The notes beneath the pieces are model-generated. The model was not told the origin of the DNA and made no database searches. It was given only the letters and a program-made list of their open reading frames with translations. From NCBI GenBank assembly GCA_963706575.1, contig CAVPNL010000001.1, forward strand, positions 448,001-512,000: DNA of 64,000 bases, in the 5' to 3' direction. This document shows, in pieces, positions 58,616 to 64,000 of this stretch. The position numbers and the translations under genes were made by a program. Every line of letters starts with the position of its first letter. Position 1 is the stretch's first letter. This DNA comes from an uncultured delta proteobacterium. GTDB lineage: Bacteria > Desulfobacterota > Desulfobacteria > Desulfobacterales > JAHEIW01.

Positions 58616-58741
58616 GTGTTTAGTATTTGGTGTTTAGTGTTTAGAATTCTAAAAAAGTGATATAACGCCTTATAGGTTATACTAAACACAAAACACGAAA
58701 AACCAAACACCTGATGAATTCAGCTTTTTACGAATTCATCA
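58616..58741. repeat. 7-mer inverted-repeat element plus a small palindrome
   Basis: gtgtttagtatttggtgtttagtgttt ... actaaacacaaaacacgaaaaaccaaacac; then tgatgaattc-N10-gaattcatca. Confidence 0.7.
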
Positions 58742-58775
58742 AACTTTAGCGGTAAAAAATTAGGGAATTTAGGAA

Positions 58776-59558
58776 TTGAACGATAAAATTATTTTTGCGT
58801 TGCAGGGCATTTCAATCAGCTTTGGCGGGCTGCAGGCTGTCGCCGATTGCTCATTTGAAATATGCGACGGCGAAATTTTTTCTCTGATCGGGCCCAACGG
58901 CGCCGGTAAAACAACCATATTTAATATTATTAATGCGCTTTACAAACCCGATAGCGGTCGCGTTTTGCTGGAAGGTGAAGATTTAGTTTCCCTGAAACCG
59001 CATCAAATCGCAAGGCGTGGAATTGCGCGCACATTTCAAAATATCGAGCTTTTCAGTGAGATGAGTGTGCTGGAAAATATTCTGGTGGGCCGGCACTTTT
59101 TTTTCAAATCAGGTGTTTTAGCCAACAGTCTGGCATTCGGTAATTCTAAAAATGAAGAAGCCCAAAATATAGAAACAGCTACTGAAATTATCTCGTTTTT
59201 GGAATTGGAAGAATACGAGAACCAGAAAGTCACCGACCTGTCTTTCGGGATTCAAAAGCGTGTCGAGCTGGCCCGGGCGCTGGCACTGAACCCCAAAGTG
59301 CTGCTGCTGGATGAACCCGCAGGAGGATTAAACCCCCAGGAGACAGAACACCTGATGGAAGTCATCAAAGCCATCCGGGATAAACGTGGCATTACGATTT
59401 TCCTGGTCGAACACGACATGCGCCTGGTGATGGGGCTCTCGGACAGAATATGTGTGCTGCATTTCGGTGTCAAAATTGCAGAGGGAACTCCGGAGGTCAT
59501 CCAAAAAGACCCCAAAGTTATCGAAGCCTACTTAGGAACTACCCGAACCCATGCTTGA
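58776..59558 (+). CDS. livG: HAAT-family ABC transporter ATPase (LivG-like)
   Basis: GPNGAGKTT, ARTFQN, LLLDEP, VEHDM. Confidence 0.88.
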   Translation: MNDKIIFALQGISISFGGLQAVADCSFEICDGEIFSLIGPNGAGKTTIFNIINALYKPDSGRVLLEGEDLVSLKPHQIARRGIARTFQNIELFSEMSVLENILVGRHFFFKSGVLANSLAFGNSKNEEAQNIETATEIISFLELEEYENQKVTDLSFGIQKRVELARALALNPKVLLLDEPAGGLNPQETEHLMEVIKAIRDKRGITIFLVEHDMRLVMGLSDRICVLHFGVKIAEGTPEVIQKDPKVIEAYLGTTRTHA

Positions 59559-60258
59559 ATTAAAATCGATAGAGTCATATTACGGCAAGATACAGGCCCT
59601 CAAAGGGATAGACCTGGAGGTGCCCGAAGGCGGAATCGTTGCCATATTGGGCGCTAACGGTGCCGGCAAAAGTACGACCTTGAAGACGATTTCAGGATTG
59701 ATTCAACCACTGCGAGGCCAGATTTTGTTCCAGGGGCAATCCATCCATAAAAGTGAACCGCATCAAATTGTGCGCATGGGAATTTGTCAGGTGCCGGAGG
59801 GGCGCGATATCTTTATGGGTCTGACGGTGCAGGAAAACTTGAAGATGGGCGCCTTTACCCGCAAAGACACGAAGGACATTCAGAATGATCTGGAACGGAT
59901 TTTTCAATCGTTTCCGATATTACAAGAACGGGCAAGGCAACAGGCGGGGACGCTGAGCGGCGGCGAACAACAGATGCTGGCGATTGCCAGAGGATTGATG
60001 TCAAACCCCAAATTGATGCTGCTGGACGAGCCGTCCCTGGGATTGGCGCCACTGATGGTGGCAGAAATATTTCAGATTATCGCAGAAATAAATAAAGAAG
60101 GCGTCACCATTTTGCTGGTGGAGCAAAATGCCAATATGGCACTGCAAACCGCCCAGTACGGCTATGTGATGGAAACTGGAAGTGTTGCCCTGCATGATTC
60201 CGCAGAGAATCTGATCCAGAACGATTACGTCCGGCAAGTATATTTGGGCGCCGGCTAA
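59551..60258 (+). CDS. livF: HAAT-family ABC transporter ATPase (LivF-like)
   Basis: GANGAGKST, LSGGEQQM, LDEPSLGLAP, VEQNA. Confidence 0.9.
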   Translation: MLELKSIESYYGKIQALKGIDLEVPEGGIVAILGANGAGKSTTLKTISGLIQPLRGQILFQGQSIHKSEPHQIVRMGICQVPEGRDIFMGLTVQENLKMGAFTRKDTKDIQNDLERIFQSFPILQERARQQAGTLSGGEQQMLAIARGLMSNPKLMLLDEPSLGLAPLMVAEIFQIIAEINKEGVTILLVEQNANMALQTAQYGYVMETGSVALHDSAENLIQNDYVRQVYLGAG

Positions 60259-60276
60259 CTAAAAGGGATGAAGTTT

Positions 60277-60303
60277 CCCTGGGGCCCCGATTGGACCCCA
60301 GGG
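60277..60303. terminator. GC-rich hairpin between convergent genes
   Basis: CCCTGGGG-N11-CCCCAGGG. Confidence 0.5.
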
Positions 60304-60313
60304 GTGTAGTTTC

Positions 60314-61522
60314 TTACTGTTTTAACGGTACGAGTCTGCCGTCTTGCAAAGTCAGCCAGCTTGAGATGGATCGGAATACGCTTTGCTGGACTTCCACCAT
60401 AAAACCGGAATTTTGGGCGAGGTGATCCGTCGCTGAAAAACTGACCGGTGGCGCAATTCCGCTCTCCCAATTCTTAATCCCTTCAAGGGCGGCAATATAA
60501 CTTTCACGGGTGACATTTTTACCGGCCCTTTTGAGACCCTCAACAAACAGCTTGGCATAATAGTAGCCGAACAGGCTGTAACGATTCGGCGTTTTGTCTC
60601 TATCCTCACCGTACTGGTCTACGATTTTTCTGTATTCCACCACAGCCGGGTCCTGAGAATGCACCGGATCAGGCCACAGAGAGAGTCCCCAGACACCTTC
60701 ACCGACACCGCCGGACAGGTTGATATATTTTTCGTCCGTCAGCGGACCCGAGGATATGATCTTGGTGTCTTTCCAACCCTGTTTATGGGCTTCTTTCAGG
60801 AAAGTGGCTCCCGGCGGGGGCGTGGCCACCAGCAGACAGGCATCCAGCTTGGCTTTGCGCAACTTGGCTACCTGGGCGCTCAGATCCTTGGCCCCGCGCT
60901 TGTAAGACTCTGCTGCTGCCCAGTTCAACCCTAATTTCTGGAGTGTTTTTTGACCGGGATCCCTGAAAGTGTGACCATAGGCATCGTCCTGATACAGGAT
61001 GCCGATTCTTTTAAACCCTTTGACCTTTACCAGCCAGGTGACAACCAGCTCTGATTGATTCGAATACGGCGTAAAAGATGTAAATATCGTCTTTTGGCCT
61101 GAAATCGGTACCCCTTGAAACGGGAATAGCAGGGGCACTTTGTTTTGCGTTAAATACTTTACCGTTGCCATGACGGGTCCGGTCCCCTGGGAAGAAAGGA
61201 TTGCGAAAACCTTATCCTGTTCCACCAGTCGCTTGGTGTTAGCAACGGCATTCTGGGGTTTATAGCCGTCGTCGTAAAATTTAGTATCGATTTTCCTGCC
61301 GTTAACTCCGCCCTGGGCGTTGATATATCCGATGTAAGATTTCAGCCCGTTGTTCACCAGCTGGGTGCCCGGATAAACCAGGGGCCCCGAAAAACTGTTG
61401 GAGCACCCGACCAGGATCGAGTTATCGGTGACACCCACTTCGGCGTTCACATCGTTTGCCGCGAAGCAGAGTGCAACCATAACGATAAGTCCGAAAGTGG
61501 ATAAGTACCTCAGTTTAAGCAT
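60314..61522 (-). CDS. HAAT-family ABC substrate-binding protein
   Basis: Signal peptide; INAQGGVNGRKI, DDGY, YQDDAYG; AGGAGG RBS. Confidence 0.9.
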   Translation of the reverse strand: MLKLRYLSTFGLIVMVALCFAANDVNAEVGVTDNSILVGCSNSFSGPLVYPGTQLVNNGLKSYIGYINAQGGVNGRKIDTKFYDDGYKPQNAVANTKRLVEQDKVFAILSSQGTGPVMATVKYLTQNKVPLLFPFQGVPISGQKTIFTSFTPYSNQSELVVTWLVKVKGFKRIGILYQDDAYGHTFRDPGQKTLQKLGLNWAAAESYKRGAKDLSAQVAKLRKAKLDACLLVATPPPGATFLKEAHKQGWKDTKIISSGPLTDEKYINLSGGVGEGVWGLSLWPDPVHSQDPAVVEYRKIVDQYGEDRDKTPNRYSLFGYYYAKLFVEGLKRAGKNVTRESYIAALEGIKNWESGIAPPVSFSATDHLAQNSGFMVEVQQSVFRSISSWLTLQDGRLVPLKQ

Positions 61523-61621
61523 AATGGAACCTCCTTTCATGGTGGGATTGATTGAGATAAGAAAATTCGTTTATTTTTTTGCCACTGCCTTTTCGTGTTT
61601 GGTTGTACAGCGCATGCAGCG

Positions 61622-62563
61622 TTAAAGAAACCTTTCTTTGAGATCGGTTAACATGCCGACAATACCTCTGGGCATAAATATCATAAAGATGATCAAAGAC
61701 AAGCCAAAAATCAATATCTGCAGGTCCAGCAAGCCAGCAAATGCCTGTTGGATACCGGTCAGAATGACCGCCCCGATTATGGATCCTAAAATCGAGCCCA
61801 TCCCGCCGATGACGATCATGGCGATAAAGTCAATCGAAAGTTCAATCGTAAAGGCATCCGGGGATAAAAACGTAATTAAATAGGCAAACAGGCCGCCGGC
61901 AACACCGGTGTAGAAGGCGCTGATGGCAAAGGCGATGGTTTTATACTTGGCCAGATCGACTCCGATGGTCTGGGCAGCGACTTCACTCTCTCTCAAAGCA
62001 ATAAACGCTCTGCCGATATAACCATTGACCAGATTTTTTGCCAAGAGGGTCATAATAACTGTTACCGGGATGATCAGATAAAAAAGCTTGAAATCGGAAT
62101 CAAACACAAAGCTGCCGATTCTGGCTGTGGGCACACTGAAGCCGTCATCACCGCCGGTCACCGAGCTCCACTGCAGAATAATCTCACTGATGACCACGCC
62201 GAATGCCAATGTGGCCATGGCGATGTAAAAACCTTTTAAACGCAGGATCGGTATACCCAGCAGAAAGCCGATCAGTCCGCTGATGGTGCCGGCCAGCAAA
62301 AGCGTCAGCGGGCAGGGTAGCCATTCCAAATTGGCCGTAACGATAGCGGTGACATAGGCACCGATAGCCAGAAATCCGGCATGCCCGGCAGCGATCTGGC
62401 CGGTATAGCCCATCAACAGGTTCAAACCCAGGGAAACCAGGGCATAAATAGACAGCAGACTTAGGAGGAAAACAGAGTATTTCCCTAAAAACAAGGGCAT
62501 GATGAGCAAGACGACCAAAGCGCTTATCCAACCCAATATTTTCCATTTACCCGATAATTGCAT
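61622..62563 (-). CDS. livM: HAAT-family ABC permease (LivM-like)
   Basis: GLNLLMGYTGQ, LRLKGFYIAMATL, VIGGMGS. Confidence 0.88.
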   Translation of the reverse strand: MQLSGKWKILGWISALVVLLIMPLFLGKYSVFLLSLLSIYALVSLGLNLLMGYTGQIAAGHAGFLAIGAYVTAIVTANLEWLPCPLTLLLAGTISGLIGFLLGIPILRLKGFYIAMATLAFGVVISEIILQWSSVTGGDDGFSVPTARIGSFVFDSDFKLFYLIIPVTVIMTLLAKNLVNGYIGRAFIALRESEVAAQTIGVDLAKYKTIAFAISAFYTGVAGGLFAYLITFLSPDAFTIELSIDFIAMIVIGGMGSILGSIIGAVILTGIQQAFAGLLDLQILIFGLSLIIFMIFMPRGIVGMLTDLKERFL

Positions 62564-62577
62564 TAAAAATCACCTGT

Positions 62578-63444
62578 TTAAACCTTGGTAAAGCGCTCTA
62601 CGCCCATGATTCCCTTGGGGCGGATGACCAGTACAATGAAAATCACCGCAAAGGGAACCACATTTTTGATTTGAGAAGGCAGATACAGGGGCGCCACATT
62701 ATCGATGACGCCCAGCAGCATGCCGCCAATAATCGCACCCGGGATGCTGCCCCAGCCGCCTAGTATCGCCGCGGCAAAACCGTTGATAACCACGATTCCC
62801 ATGTGGGTGCTGAGAAATACGACCGGTGCCATCAGAATACCAGCCACCGCCGCCACCAGAAAGCTAATAGCCCAGGTGACGGCAAAGGATTGCTTGACAT
62901 TCACCCCCATCAGTAAAGCCGCACTCTGGCTTTCACTTACCGCCCGCATGGCCGTTCCATAACGCGTGTACATGAAAAATGCATACAGAATCACCATGAG
63001 CAGGACGGTGGCGCTGATATTTCCCAGACCGATCAAATCAATGGTGGCGCCGCCGATAGAAATGGTTTCATCGGGAAAGACACTGGGGTAGGGATAGTCA
63101 TTGTGACTCCAGATAAAGCCGGACAGGCTTTTCATCACAATCGACACCCCCAGGGTTATGATAAAGATATTGAAATGTGGGGCCCGCATGGCCGGGCGGA
63201 TAAAGAGCCGCTCGGTGATGATCCCCAGCAGGGCTGATATCACAAGGGTCAGCAAAATAGCGATCCAGAGCGAAAGCCCCAGCATACTAAAAAAAGTAAA
63301 TCCCACAAAAGCAGAAACCATCGACATTTCGCCCTGGGCAAAATTGACATGTTCGGTTGTATTGTAGATTAAAGCTAACCCCAGGGCCACAAGGGCATAG
63401 ATACTGCCGGTGGCCAGACCGCTGAATATGACCTGAAGTAGCAT
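62578..63444 (-). CDS. livH: HAAT-family ABC permease (LivH-like)
   Basis: GSIYALVALG, VNFAQGE, GTAMRAV, AILGGWGS. Confidence 0.88.
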   Translation of the reverse strand: MLLQVIFSGLATGSIYALVALGLALIYNTTEHVNFAQGEMSMVSAFVGFTFFSMLGLSLWIAILLTLVISALLGIITERLFIRPAMRAPHFNIFIITLGVSIVMKSLSGFIWSHNDYPYPSVFPDETISIGGATIDLIGLGNISATVLLMVILYAFFMYTRYGTAMRAVSESQSAALLMGVNVKQSFAVTWAISFLVAAVAGILMAPVVFLSTHMGIVVINGFAAAILGGWGSIPGAIIGGMLLGVIDNVAPLYLPSQIKNVVPFAVIFIVLVIRPKGIMGVERFTKV

Positions 63445-63518
63445 ATGATCTCCCTTGTGGGGCTTTAGAAGAGATTTGAGATTAGAATGTGTGAGTCTGT
63501 CTTGGCCAGGACCTGTCG

Positions 63519-63578
63519 TTGACAACCATTTTCGTATACTGTATACAACCGGATAGCATAAGCCATCTTGACTGTCAA
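63519..63578. promoter_or_regulatory. Divergent promoter region with operator CGTATACTGTATACA
   Basis: Plus strand: TTGACA (63519)-17 nt-TATACA. Operator at 63533-63547. Minus-strand TTGACA at 63573-63578. Confidence 0.75.
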
Positions 63579-63658
63579 CCGAGGCCTCTGAAAAATGCTG
63601 CCTCGAACCTCTCCCGCGTTGATTGTTAATTTAAATTCCGGGGTCGGGGTGTTTTTCC

Positions 63659-63733
63659 CGTTATGCCCGCGTAGGCGGGCATCCAGGTTGCTGCACTCAA
63701 TTTTTCTGGATTCCTGCCTTCGCAGGAATGACG
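63659..63733. repeat. Inverted pair of GTCATTCCCGC-type palindromic repeats
   Basis: cgttatgcccgcgtaggcgggcatccag ... ctggattcctgccttcgcaggaatgacg. Confidence 0.75.
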
Positions 63734-63778
63734 GATCTTAGCACAGAAAACATCGCTACTGCTCAATTAAATTAGAAA

Positions 63779-64000
63779 ATGGCAATTTTCAAGAAATTTG
63801 ATCATATCGGCGTTGTTGTCGAAGACCTCCGGAAAGCTATGGATGAGCTTTCGGATTTCTTTGGTTTAGAGTGTCAGGAGGTAATGGAAATTAAAGATGC
63901 CGGAATTCGAATCGCCTTTTATCCTTTGGGCTCCGGGCAAATGGAGCTTATTGAATTTCAAAAACCGATAGCGGATGTTGATCCGATCGTCACCCGCCCA
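63779..64000 (+). CDS. Partial VOC-family protein, methylmalonyl-CoA epimerase-like
   Basis: Manual translation MAIFKKFDHIGVVVEDLRKAMDELSDFFGL...IAFYPLGSGQMELIEF (DHIGV and ELIE motifs). Runs off the window edge. Confidence 0.7.
   Translation, partial: MAIFKKFDHIGVVVEDLRKAMDELSDFFGLECQEVMEIKDAGIRIAFYPLGSGQMELIEFQKPIADVDPIVTRP

Overview
This is a gene-dense bacterial window. Gene content and intergenic repeat style suggest an anaerobic Desulfobacterota (Desulfobacterales-like) genome, but that is inference only. I saw no rRNA, tRNA, CRISPR array or transposase. It has three blocks. (1) 2.8-14.9 kb: a cell-envelope and signalling locus with an AlgI-type MBOAT, an AlgJ/AlgX-like pseudoenzyme fused to an SGNH esterase, an FHA-nucleotide cyclase, a PP2C phosphatase, a membrane Ser/Thr kinase, a paralogous membrane sensor, and divergent LysM-deacetylase and LysM-TPR lipoproteins. 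(2) 15-31.4 kb and 40.9-64 kb: a catabolic regulon tied together by four copies of the palindrome TGTATAC-N-GTATACA and a GntR gene. Its enzymes match the anaerobic indole-3-acetate (iaa) pathway family by family. Extras include IorAB, SerA, a carboxyltransferase, an epimerase-like VOC protein, and a second 4-hydroxybenzoyl-CoA-reductase-like molybdoenzyme that lacks the canonical catalytic Glu. (3) 31.5-40.9 kb: unrelated accessory genes. Intergenic regions carry many short-period inverted-repeat elements, two of which supply homologous N-termini to two unrelated proteins, plus two MITE copies whose ends form stop codons. Three genes have single +1 frameshifts, which may be sequencing errors. 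All functional calls come from motif recognition; no database search was run.
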